DNA of 64,000 bases, taken from an uncultured delta proteobacterium (GTDB lineage Bacteria > Desulfobacterota > Binatia > UBA9968). The notes beneath the pieces were generated by a model that made no database searches, had not been told where the DNA came from, and saw only the letters and a list, made by a program, of their open reading frames with translations. This document shows, one piece after another, positions 51,979-61,429 of the stretch. Location: contig CAVYTU010000012.1 of assembly GCA_963771465.1 (NCBI GenBank), positions 192,001 through 256,000 of the forward strand. Reading direction: 5' to 3'. Position 1 is the stretch's first letter. Every line of letters begins with the position of its first letter. The position numbers and the translations under genes were made by a program.

Positions 51979-54900
51979 ATGAGAAGAGCACTTAAGTTCA
52001 TCGGTTTTGCGTCCATCACTGTTGTCCTATTTTTCGTCGTCGCCGGTTTGGCGTTTTATCACTTGATCAGCATCGGCGAATTCCGCCGCTTCTTAGTTGA
52101 CGAGATTGAAAAGAACACCGCGCTCAAAGTCCGGCTGGGCGCCGCGGATCTAGAAATCGGCTGGATCACCGGCGTGGCGTTTCGCGACCTGGCGTTGTCC
52201 GAAGGCGATGCGGCGGAGCCAGCGATCACCGCCGAACGGGTGACCGGACGGGTGGCGCTGCTGCCGTTGTTGGAACGCAAGATCATCATCTATGAGATCC
52301 GATTACAGCGGCCTGCGATTCAACTTCAAGCCGATGCGAAGGGGCGAATTCCGCTCCTCGATAAGCTGCTGAACCTGCCCTTTCTCAAACAACAAAACGA
52401 ACAGTTCAATCTCGACCTGCACTCGATCCAAATTCGCAATGGCGAGATCGACTATCTCGACCAACGCAAAGCGGTGAACCTGGGCAGGTGGCGCTTGCGT
52501 AAAGCGGACGTCGATTTGAGCCGCGCGCGCGGCCAGCGCTTAAGCGACTCGATGAAAGATCTCTTCAAGCGTCAGCCGTCGGAGCCCACGGGTGCGGCGC
52601 TCGAATTCGATCTCAAGAGCGTGGTCGAAAGAGATCAGGATCGGATGAATTTGAAAGCGCGCGGCCGGCTGGTGTTCCCCCAGGAGACGCTCGAGTTTCA
52701 CCAGGCTCGTTGGAACGCCGATCTCGAGCTGGTCGACTTTCCCGCCACGTTGATTAAAGAGCGTGTAGGCGCGCGCGTGCCGATCAAATCGATGACCGGC
52801 CTGCTCACCCAGCGCGTCCATCTCGAAGGCAACGTTGAGAAACAGTTGCAGCTCAAAGGCGATCTCGAATTCAAACGGCTCTCGATGGAGGCTCCGGAGC
52901 TTTTCCTCGCGCCGCTCACCGATGCCAATGGCCGAACCAGTTTTGAACTCGAGTGGACACCGCAGCGCTTGCAAGTGCGCCGCGCCGAGTTTCGCGCCAA
53001 CGACATCAAGTTTTCCTTACAAGGTGAGATCGGCGCGCTGGATAGCGCCGATCCGCATTTGCGCTTAACGCTTTCCGCGCTGTCGACATCGTTGTCCGCT
53101 TTGCGCAGGTATATGCCGCTCAAGCTGGTGGAGTCGCCACAGCTGGCGAAAACCTTTAATTCGAATCTAACCGGCCAATTAGAAGTGAAACACGCCAGCG
53201 TCGATGCCCGGCTAGCCGAGCTGCGCCGCCTGACTCAGAGCGGCACGGGAAAGCATATTCAGTTCGATGCCGAGCTGCGCGACGTGGCCGGCAGCTTGGG
53301 CGTCGACAGCATGTTGCCACTGCGCGGCATTCAAACCCATGTCAGTCTGGCGAATGGGATATTAGCCATTCAGAACCTCAAGGGATCCTACGGCGACGCG
53401 CGTCTCAGTGATGTTGACGGCCGCTATGATATGAGCGCAGCGGCAGGCGGAAAATTTGACCTGCAAGCACAGGGCGATTTCAACTTGGCCGAATTGCGTG
53501 AGCAGCTAAAATCAGGGTTAGTCTCGGAGACCACGGCGAGAGTCGCCACTTCAATTGAAGAGCTGAGCGGCCGCGGTAAATTCGATCTCGTGCTCAAGCG
53601 CGGCGCCAACGAAGATATGCAATTCGACGGCAAAATGGCGCTCGACAACGCCCGTCTACGCTACGATGTATACACACTCAGCGAGATCAAGGGTGAGCTC
53701 GCGTTCACGCCGCGAGAAATCAAAGGCGAGAAAATTCGCGCGCAAATCGGTGGCTCGCCGATCCAGATCCAGGTGTCGTTAAAGGATTACGGCGCTGACG
53801 ACGGCACGTTCGACTTAGCGATCGACTCTACCGGGGTTAAGGCCGGCGTGATTACCACCCTGCTGCTCAACACAGGGACGCCGCAGGACCTCGGGGTCGT
53901 CAACGGCGCGGTGCGTTATTCGGGTTCTATCAAGAACAAAGAGCGGCGCAAATTTGCCGGTAACCTCGATCTCACTAACGTGCAGGTCGTCTTGCATCCG
54001 TTGCTCCAACCGCTGCGTGAGCTTAACGGTAAAATCATCATCGACGAGAAGGGCGTCGATTTTCAGAACTTGAAAGCGATGCTTGTGGGTTTCCCGGCCG
54101 GCGCCAGCGGCCGTTGGCGCTATGGGGAGACGCCGCCGTTGTTGTTCGATTTCGCCGCGCCGAGTTTGGACGTGACGTATTTGATCTCGCAGATCGATCC
54201 GGAAGTGGGTGCGTTTTACACTAACCTTCAGGCTGAAGGGAAAATTACCCTTGCCAAGGGACGGATCAAGAATTTTGAATTTAGCGATTTGAAAACTGAC
54301 GTGACCATCGACCGCCGCACCTGGCGCTTAACCAATCTCACCGCACGTTCAGCGGGTGGAAACATCGTCGGTGTCACCACCATCATCGACCGGCCCGACA
54401 CGTTGGGCGTGATTGCCGATCCGAAGATTCACGCGGTGCCGGTGCAGTCCTTCCTCAAATGGTTCGATATCACCAACACGGAGATGACCGGGCGCGTCAA
54501 TCTTACCGGCAAGTTGGAAACCGTCGGCAAAAACGATGTCGAACGCAAGCAAAACTTAAACGGCGCGTTCACCCTACGTATCGAAGACGGCACGATCAAC
54601 CGCATGCGTGCCTTGGTTCAAATACTCAATCTGCTCGATTTATCGCGCTGGTTCACGTTTCAACTGCCCGATCTGAGCAAACAAGGGATTACCTTCCGCG
54701 CCATTACCGGCGACTTCAAAGTCGTCAAAGGCGTTTATGCTACGGAAAATTTGCTGATGGACAGCAACGACTTACGCATGACCGGTTTGGGCAAGATCGA
54801 CGTGCCGAAAGACGAGCTCGATCTCGTCGTCGCCGTCAGACCGTTCGCCGGCATCGATTCGGCGATCAACCAGATTCCGATTCTCGGCTGGGGCATTGTC

Positions 54901-55101
54901 GCGATCAAGAATTCTTTTATGGTGGCGAGCTTCAACGTCACAGGCAAGATCGAGGATCCGACCATCACGCCGGCGCCGCTGGGCACTCTGTCAGAAATGT
55001 TCTGGAGCGTTCTCGGCATCCCGAAGAATATTATCGGACTGGGCGAGCCCGAGAGAAGAGAAGAAGCGAAGGAGCCGGCGAAAACGCCGGCATCGAAGTG
55101 A
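51979..55101 (+). CDS. AsmA-like (YhdP/TamB superfamily) envelope bridge protein
   Basis: About 1040 aa; N-terminal TM anchor, beta-rich, AsmA_2-like C-terminus (IPILGW...VTGKIEDP). Confidence 0.82.
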   Translation: MRRALKFIGFASITVVLFFVVAGLAFYHLISIGEFRRFLVDEIEKNTALKVRLGAADLEIGWITGVAFRDLALSEGDAAEPAITAERVTGRVALLPLLERKIIIYEIRLQRPAIQLQADAKGRIPLLDKLLNLPFLKQQNEQFNLDLHSIQIRNGEIDYLDQRKAVNLGRWRLRKADVDLSRARGQRLSDSMKDLFKRQPSEPTGAALEFDLKSVVERDQDRMNLKARGRLVFPQETLEFHQARWNADLELVDFPATLIKERVGARVPIKSMTGLLTQRVHLEGNVEKQLQLKGDLEFKRLSMEAPELFLAPLTDANGRTSFELEWTPQRLQVRRAEFRANDIKFSLQGEIGALDSADPHLRLTLSALSTSLSALRRYMPLKLVESPQLAKTFNSNLTGQLEVKHASVDARLAELRRLTQSGTGKHIQFDAELRDVAGSLGVDSMLPLRGIQTHVSLANGILAIQNLKGSYGDARLSDVDGRYDMSAAAGGKFDLQAQGDFNLAELREQLKSGLVSETTARVATSIEELSGRGKFDLVLKRGANEDMQFDGKMALDNARLRYDVYTLSEIKGELAFTPREIKGEKIRAQIGGSPIQIQVSLKDYGADDGTFDLAIDSTGVKAGVITTLLLNTGTPQDLGVVNGAVRYSGSIKNKERRKFAGNLDLTNVQVVLHPLLQPLRELNGKIIIDEKGVDFQNLKAMLVGFPAGASGRWRYGETPPLLFDFAAPSLDVTYLISQIDPEVGAFYTNLQAEGKITLAKGRIKNFEFSDLKTDVTIDRRTWRLTNLTARSAGGNIVGVTTIIDRPDTLGVIADPKIHAVPVQSFLKWFDITNTEMTGRVNLTGKLETVGKNDVERKQNLNGAFTLRIEDGTINRMRALVQILNLLDLSRWFTFQLPDLSKQGITFRAITGDFKVVKGVYATENLLMDSNDLRMTGLGKIDVPKDELDLVVAVRPFAGIDSAINQIPILGWGIVAIKNSFMVASFNVTGKIEDPTITPAPLGTLSEMFWSVLGIPKNIIGLGEPERREEAKEPAKTPASK

Positions 55102-55391
55102 CGCCCAGGCTGACTCTATATTCGCGTCAGGACTGCTGCCTGTGCGATGAGATGAAAGCGGTGATCCGGCGCGTTTCCGAGCAGATTCCCATCGAATTAC
55201 AAGAAATCGACATCGATGCCGATGCTGCGCTGCGCGCGCAGTACAATGACAAAGTCCCGGTTTTATTCATTGACGGTCGCAAAGCATTTAAGTATCGCGT
55301 GACGGTCGTTGAATTGATGCGAACACTTAAACGAAAACGACGGCGGTTTCGCATGGGAATAGCGCGCTTAATGGGAAAGGACTCGCCATGA
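55098..55391 (+). CDS. Glutaredoxin-like protein (DUF836)
   Basis: LTLYSRQDCCLCD, VPVLFIDG; GTGA overlap with the asmA-like stop. Confidence 0.85.
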   Translation: MTPRLTLYSRQDCCLCDEMKAVIRRVSEQIPIELQEIDIDADAALRAQYNDKVPVLFIDGRKAFKYRVTVVELMRTLKRKRRRFRMGIARLMGKDSP

Positions 55392-56389
55392 ATGCGACAT
55401 CGATACATGGCTTGTTCACGCTGGCTATAATGACATGCGCGAATTGGACTTCGGCGGCGGATCGTATTATCGGCGTGCAGTCGGCGCGGGTGATGTCGCA
55501 GTCAATGCCGTGGATCGCCGAGGAGACCGGCATCTTTCGCAAATACAATTTGGAATTTCCGCTGGTCTACATCGGCACATCGCCGTTGGCGACGGCGGCG
55601 ATGTTGGGCGGCGAGGTGCAGGTTATGATCGACGGCGGTGTCGGACTGGTGCGCACGGTGATCGGCGGCAACGCCGATCTCGTGTTTATCGGCGGTATCA
55701 AGAATCATCTAACCCAGAGCATTCTCGCCAAGCCGGAAATCAAACGGCTCGAAGATCTGCGCGGCAAGAAGATCGGCGTCACGCGCATCGGCGCGACGAC
55801 GCATTACTTCGCGATCCAAGTTTTCAAGCGGCGCGGTATGGAAGCCGGAAGAGATTACTCGATGGTGCAAACCGGCGGCGCGCCGGAGATGTTTGCCGCG
55901 CTGGTTTCCGGGACCATCGATGCGGGCACGATGTCGGCGCCCTGGGACGCGCGGGCGCTTTCGCAGGGCTACAACTATGTTGTCTACGGCCCCGATCTGC
56001 GGATTCCTCAGGTGGCGGTGTCGCTGATCACGCGCCGATCGTTCATCGCGCAGAATACTCCGCTGCTTAGCCGCTACATGCGGGCGATGGCTGAAGCCGC
56101 GAAGATTTTGCATACCGATAAAGAGGTCGTTTTGAAAGTCTTGAGCAAATACCTGCGCATCGAAGATCGCAAAGTGCTCGATCAAGCTTATGGAGCGGAA
56201 ATTAAGGCGCTCGAACCGCGCATGGAGTTGCGGCTCGAAGCGGTCCAAGCGATCCTCGACGACATTGCGCCCACCGACGCGCGCGCGAAAAAATTCAAAC
56301 CGCAGGAACTCTACGACCGGCGATACTTGGAGGAAATGGAAAAGAGCGGGTTTATGGATAAATTATGGGCGGGAGTGGCGGCGCGATGA
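55388..56389 (+). CDS. ABC substrate-binding protein (SsuA/NMT1-like), orphan
   Basis: Signal peptide; DLRGKKIGVTR.G, ALVSGTIDA. Confidence 0.85.
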   Translation: MNATSIHGLFTLAIMTCANWTSAADRIIGVQSARVMSQSMPWIAEETGIFRKYNLEFPLVYIGTSPLATAAMLGGEVQVMIDGGVGLVRTVIGGNADLVFIGGIKNHLTQSILAKPEIKRLEDLRGKKIGVTRIGATTHYFAIQVFKRRGMEAGRDYSMVQTGGAPEMFAALVSGTIDAGTMSAPWDARALSQGYNYVVYGPDLRIPQVAVSLITRRSFIAQNTPLLSRYMRAMAEAAKILHTDKEVVLKVLSKYLRIEDRKVLDQAYGAEIKALEPRMELRLEAVQAILDDIAPTDARAKKFKPQELYDRRYLEEMEKSGFMDKLWAGVAAR

Positions 56390-56611
56390 ATTTCGATGGG
56401 ACGACGATGGCGCGCAAGTAATTTTCCTTGTGATTTTCTTCCATCACCTGGTCGGTCATTTTTCAATTTCGCGATCACGGCTCTTTAATCGTTTTTTTTC
56501 GGCTCACCGGCTAGGAAAATCTACCGAATTCGCCTTTCAATTGTAACGGGACATTAGTGTTTGAAAAAATGCCTTGTTATTAAGCGTCGGGTTCACTATA
56601 AGAGCCGAACC

Positions 56612-56935
56612 ATGAAAGTCACGCGACTCTACACCGGAGCGGACGGCCAGTCGCATTTCGATGATGCCGAGGTGGAGACAGGCAAGCTCCAGCCCGGCGA
56701 TGGTATTGTGTTTCGCGAGGGTACCCCCGACACTGTTAATCAATGGCATCGGGCACCTAGACGGCAGTACGTGATCAACCTATCAGGTGAAACTGAGATC
56801 GAGATCAGCGATGGTACCAAGCGCCGCTTCGGTCCCGGCGATATTCTTCTGGCAGAGGACACTTCGGGTGAGGGTCATATCTCGCGAGACGTGGGCACCC
56901 AGCCGCGCCGCTTTGTATTCATCCCAGTAAAATAA
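56612..56935 (+). CDS. Small cupin-fold protein
   Basis: LYTGADGQSHF, WHRAPRRQYVI.LSG, AEDT.G.GH. Confidence 0.8.
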   Translation: MKVTRLYTGADGQSHFDDAEVETGKLQPGDGIVFREGTPDTVNQWHRAPRRQYVINLSGETEIEISDGTKRRFGPGDILLAEDTSGEGHISRDVGTQPRRFVFIPVK

Positions 56936-56958
56936 AGAGAAGCGCATTGCATCACAGC

Positions 56959-56987
56959 ATTGAACTGAACGACGCTTCAATTCGATT
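56959..56987. repeat. Hairpin direct repeat, copy A
   Basis: ATTGAACTGAA-CGACGC-TTCAATTCGATT; 25/29 identical to 58139-58167. Confidence 0.7.
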
Positions 56988-57038
56988 ACCGAGAAGATTG
57001 GATTGATGGAGAATTCGGTTCCTGGCAGCGCCGCGCGG

Positions 57039-58025
57039 TTACTTGATTACCTTATCCGCTCGCACCAACACGTTCGGCGGAATCATTAAACCAATTTGTT
57101 TCGCTGCTTTCAGATTGACGACGAACTCAAACTTTCTCGGCTGTTCGACTGGAATGTCGCCGGGCTTTGTTCCTTTTAGAATTTTGTCGACAAAAACAGC
57201 CACGCGGTTATAGGCTTCGGTTTGATCGCGCGCGTAGAACATCAAGCCACCGAAATCAGTATATTCTCGCGAGGTGTACATTGCTGGCAGCTTATTCTTA
57301 GCCGCGAATTCGACGATGCGCTTACTGTGAGTAAGTATGAGCGGGTGGGACAAGTTCAATAGAGCCTGAGCGCGCTCTTTAATGGCCGAGTCTAATGCCC
57401 TGCCAAAGTCACTGCTGGTCCGTACGCCAAGCGATTGCATTTTCAATCCCAATCCCAGTGCCGCAGCTTGAATCTCTTTCCACTCCTGTGGCTGAGTCGG
57501 ATTGGTGAGATCCGAAAGAATTCCTATACGGATGACCTTGGGAGCAACCTCCTTAAGTAACTCCAGCCTTTTGCCGCTTAATGTCTCGGTAAGATTTGTC
57601 AGGCCCGTAACGTTACCTCCCGGACGCGCAAAGCTCGCGATGATCCCGTTCTCGACGGGATGGCTGATCGTTGTGAAAATAATCGGCATTGTGGCGGACG
57701 CTTTCTTGATGGCCAAAACACTGGGTGTGGAGGAAGTAATAACGACATCTACTTTTAAATCCACCAACTCAGCCGCTAGATGGGAAAGACGGTCTGGGTT
57801 CCCATCTGCATATCGGTATTCGATACTAATAGTCTTTCCTTCAATATAACCTAGATCGTGAAGTCCCTGTCGGAGAGCGTTGAGTCTCCCCGTGAGAGCC
57901 GAAGCTGAGGCGGCGCCGAGAAACCCGATGCGCGGGATTTTCGCTGGCTGCTGCGCCTCGGCAACAACTCCAATAGTAAGCTGCCCCGCGACGACCAGGA
58001 TTGATAGGAGCGTAGTTTTCTTCAT
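57039..58025 (-). CDS. ABC_sub_bind (PF04392-type) substrate-binding protein, orphan
   Basis: AQQPAKIPRIGFL, RPGGNVTG, KRLELLKE, PVEQP.KFEFVVNLKAAKQIG. Confidence 0.9.
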   Translation of the reverse strand: MKKTTLLSILVVAGQLTIGVVAEAQQPAKIPRIGFLGAASASALTGRLNALRQGLHDLGYIEGKTISIEYRYADGNPDRLSHLAAELVDLKVDVVITSSTPSVLAIKKASATMPIIFTTISHPVENGIIASFARPGGNVTGLTNLTETLSGKRLELLKEVAPKVIRIGILSDLTNPTQPQEWKEIQAAALGLGLKMQSLGVRTSSDFGRALDSAIKERAQALLNLSHPLILTHSKRIVEFAAKNKLPAMYTSREYTDFGGLMFYARDQTEAYNRVAVFVDKILKGTKPGDIPVEQPRKFEFVVNLKAAKQIGLMIPPNVLVRADKVIK

Positions 58026-58138
58026 TGCCCACCTCGTTCGGGAGTAGACTTATCACGCGCATCGCAATTCCGAAAAGGATTATTTGACTAGAAAACGAAT
58101 TCGATTTGTTGAGGGGAAAAGGCTAATTTGGCCGTAGG

Positions 58139-58167
58139 ATTGAACTGAAAGGCGCTTCAGTTTGATT
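58139..58167. repeat. Hairpin direct repeat, copy B
   Basis: ATTGAACTGAA-AGGCGC-TTCAGTTTGATT. Confidence 0.7.
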
Positions 58168-58289
58168 GTATGATAAGGGTAGAGAAGTTAATTTGATTCT
58201 CAATCCTGCACGCGGTAGTTTCAGTCATTCTGTTTTTCCCGTTGCTGCCAGTTGATTCATTACAGATGAGAAAACCAACGGAGTGACTT

Positions 58290-58652
58290 ATGGCTAATCA
58301 AATCGTTTGGTGTGATATTCCGGTACTCGATTTGGATCGGGCGGTGAGGTTTTATTCGGCGGTGTTGGGTCAGGAAGTGAAAAGGCATGAGTTTCCCGGC
58401 ATGACCGTTGGCGTGTTGCCGCACGGTGACGGCGAGGTCGGCGGTTGTCTGCTCGTGAGTGGCGATCAAAAGCCGAGCGAGCACGGTGTCATGATCTATC
58501 TCAACGCCAACGGTAGGCTGGATGACGCGAGCGCCGCCGTTGTGCCGAATGGCGGCAAGCTTGTGCAGCCGAAGCATTCGATCGGCCCTTTCGGTTGGCG
58601 TGCGATCATCCTCGACAGCGAGGGCAATCGAGTTGCGCTGCATTCGGATTGA
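58290..58652 (+). CDS. VOC/glyoxalase family protein
   Basis: VWCDIPVLDLDRA..FY, DSEGNRVALH. Confidence 0.9.
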   Translation: MANQIVWCDIPVLDLDRAVRFYSAVLGQEVKRHEFPGMTVGVLPHGDGEVGGCLLVSGDQKPSEHGVMIYLNANGRLDDASAAVVPNGGKLVQPKHSIGPFGWRAIILDSEGNRVALHSD

Positions 58653-58662
58653 GGCTTGCACC

Positions 58663-58986
58663 TTGACGAACCTGAAATTTCGTATTCTGCTCACCGTTGG
58701 GCTCGTCCTGGGAGTTTTGCCAATCTCGGCGCTGTCTGCAGAGTGGTTGTTGGTGGGCCGCCAGGGTGAATGTTTACCGCTGTCGAGTTTGGCGAGGAAA
58801 GGTCCAGAATTTCGTGGCCTGCAAACTCCTTATCAGCTGATCGAGAAGATGCGCGCTGCGGGACATCAGGTTGAGGTCAAAGAACACGCGACACCCAAGG
58901 GTCCCATGGTGGAAGTTCGTGTGCCTGCCTAAGAGATCGCCGTTATGGTCGTCGCGGCGCAGGTCTGTAAGGCGTCGTCGCGCTGA
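58663..58986 (+). pseudogene. Secreted hypothetical protein with premature TAA (58930-58932); paralog of the next gene
   Basis: Homology to 59048-59464 continues past the stop: VPA*EIAVM...C vs APSAGIHVM...C. Confidence 0.7.
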
Positions 58987-59047
58987 CGGTGGATGTCGAG
59001 TTGCGCCAAACGCTGAGAAATTTTAGAATTTGCGGCGGAGGTTGATG

Positions 59048-59464
59048 ATGAACGCCATTGCATCACGTTTTGGTCTCGCGGCGATGACCGTGACAATAAC
59101 GATCACGTTGATGGCCGGCCGATTTGCCGTCGCTGCACAGGTCACTAAACGCGCACCGACCAAAGAGCCGGGGAGCAAAGCGGCGCCCATCGACGACAAA
59201 GCGACCTGGCTGCTCGCTGGCCGCGAAGGGGAATGTGCGCCTTTGACGATTTTTGAAAAAAAAGGCCCGGAATACAAAGACCTAAAAAGCCCGTATCAGT
59301 TGGCAGAGAAATTACGCGCCAGTGGTCACAAGGCGGAGGTCAAAGAATTCAAGGCGGGCGTCCGCCCGGCAGTTGAAGTGCGCGCGCCGTCAGCCGGGAT
59401 TCACGTTATGTTCATCAAACAGGAACACTGCGACAAGAAACCACCGGCCGTCGAGAAAAAATAA
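59048..59464 (+). CDS. Secreted hypothetical protein (two conserved Cys)
   Basis: Signal peptide, GGAGG RBS; WLLAGREGEC...KGPE...PYQL.EK.RA.GH. Confidence 0.72.
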   Translation: MNAIASRFGLAAMTVTITITLMAGRFAVAAQVTKRAPTKEPGSKAAPIDDKATWLLAGREGECAPLTIFEKKGPEYKDLKSPYQLAEKLRASGHKAEVKEFKAGVRPAVEVRAPSAGIHVMFIKQEHCDKKPPAVEKK

Positions 59465-59469
59465 GGATT

Positions 59470-61305
59470 TTATTCTTCGGCTTCGTGGCGTCGGCGCGGC
59501 CGGTCCGCCTGTTTAAGAATTTTTTTGCGGAGTCTAATCGATTGCGGCGTGATCTCCACTAACTCATCGTCAGAGATCCATTCCAAACCTGCTTCTAACC
59601 CCATCTCGCGGTGCGGCGAGATGATGATGTTTTCGTCTTTGCCGGCGGCGCGCATGTTGCTGAGCTTTTTCTCTTTGCAAATATTTACGTTCAGATCGTT
59701 TTCGCGCGCATACTCGCCGACCACCATGCCTTCGTAAACCTTTGTTCCCGGCGCGATGAACAGCACGCCGCGTTCCTGCAGGTGGAAAATCGCATAGGGC
59801 GGGGCTTGGCCTTCACGGTCGGCGACCATGGCGGCGTTGGTGCGCGATTGAATCGTCCCATGCCAGGGTTCCCAGCCGTTGAACAGCGCGTTCATGATGC
59901 CGGTGCCGCGGGTGTCGGTGAGAAATCGCGAGCGAAAGCCGATCAAACCCCGCGACGGCACGGCAAATTCTAAACGCACGCGGCTCGAGCCGCCGTGTGT
60001 CATCTTGGTCATTTTGCCCTTGCGCATGGCTAGCAGCTGCGACACCACGCCGATAAAATCTTCGGGAACATCGATCACCAGCAATTCCATCGGTTCATGG
60101 ATCGCCCCGTCGATTTCGCGCGTGATGACGGTGGGCTTGGAGACCATCATCTCATAACCCTCGCGCCGCATGGTCTCAATGATAATCGCCAGGGCGAATT
60201 CGCCACGGCCGGTGACTTGAAAGGCGTCCGGTTGGGCGGTTTCCTCGACGCGCAGGCTGACATTGCGCCGCTGCTCGAAAAACAATCGTTCGCGCAGTTT
60301 GCGCGAGGTGACGAATTCCCCTTCGCGGCCGGACCAGGGCGAATTGTTAGCGCAGAAAAGCATCGCGATGGTCGGTTCGTCGATCCGTAACGGCGCCAGC
60401 GCTTGCGGCTTTTCGCGGTCGCTAATGGTATCGCCGATGCCGATATCCTCGATGCCGGCGATGGCGGCGATGTCGCCGGCTTGCACCGATGCGACTTCGA
60501 CGCGTTTGAGTCCCTGCCAACCATAGACTTGGGTGACCTTGACCAGTTGCTGGCTGCCGTCGACTCGGCAGAGCATGTATTGTCCGGGCGTGAGGGAGCC
60601 GTTCTTAACTCGGCCGACCGCCAGCCGGCCGACGTAATCGTTGTAATCGAGGTTGTTGGCTTGGAACTGCGTCGGCATCGCCGGGTCATAGCTTGGGCCC
60701 GATAGGGTTTCGACGATCAGGTCGAACATCGGTTTAAGATTTTCCCCGGGCTGTTTGAGGTCGAGGGTCGCCGTGCCGGCGCGGGCGTTGGTATAGACCA
60801 CGGGGAAATCGAGCTGGTCTTCGCTGGCGTCGAGGTCGATGAAGAGATCATAGATCTCGTCAAGCACCACGGCGATGCGCGCGTCGGGCCGGTCGATTTT
60901 ATTGATGCAGACGATCGGCGTGAGCTTGGCCTCCAGCGCTTTTTTCAATACGAAGCGAGTCTGCGGTAACGGTCCTTCCGAGGCGTCGACCAGCAGCATG
61001 ACGCCGTCGACCATCGCCAAGGTTCGTTCCACTTCGCCGCCGAAGTCGGCATGGCCCGGGGTGTCGACGATATTGATCTTGACGTTGTGGTAATGGATCG
61101 AGATGTTTTTCGCCATGATCGTGATGCCGCGCTCGCGCTCTAGATCCATGGAGTCCATGACGCGCTCGGCGACTTGTTCATTGGCTCTGAAAATCCCGCT
61201 TTGATGCAGCAAGGCATCGACCAAAGTCGTTTTGCCATGGTCGACGTGGGCGATGATCGCGATGTTGCGCAGATCGTCGCGCCGGGTGAGTTGGGCTTGA
61301 GTCAT
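59470..61305 (-). CDS. typA: Translational GTPase TypA/BipA
   Basis: [40 protein letters not shown]. Confidence 0.97.
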   Translation of the reverse strand: MTQAQLTRRDDLRNIAIIAHVDHGKTTLVDALLHQSGIFRANEQVAERVMDSMDLERERGITIMAKNISIHYHNVKINIVDTPGHADFGGEVERTLAMVDGVMLLVDASEGPLPQTRFVLKKALEAKLTPIVCINKIDRPDARIAVVLDEIYDLFIDLDASEDQLDFPVVYTNARAGTATLDLKQPGENLKPMFDLIVETLSGPSYDPAMPTQFQANNLDYNDYVGRLAVGRVKNGSLTPGQYMLCRVDGSQQLVKVTQVYGWQGLKRVEVASVQAGDIAAIAGIEDIGIGDTISDREKPQALAPLRIDEPTIAMLFCANNSPWSGREGEFVTSRKLRERLFFEQRRNVSLRVEETAQPDAFQVTGRGEFALAIIIETMRREGYEMMVSKPTVITREIDGAIHEPMELLVIDVPEDFIGVVSQLLAMRKGKMTKMTHGGSSRVRLEFAVPSRGLIGFRSRFLTDTRGTGIMNALFNGWEPWHGTIQSRTNAAMVADREGQAPPYAIFHLQERGVLFIAPGTKVYEGMVVGEYARENDLNVNICKEKKLSNMRAAGKDENIIISPHREMGLEAGLEWISDDELVEITPQSIRLRKKILKQADRPRRRHEAEE

Positions 61306-61429
61306 GACCAACTGTTATCAAAGTTCGCTTCGCCGAAGTCAAGCGAGCGGCGAAATGTCCCGCAATTCTCAGCCGTTGGACATCGTTACCTTGCGATTGC
61401 CGGGGGCGTAGAGTATTTTTAAAAGTTAC

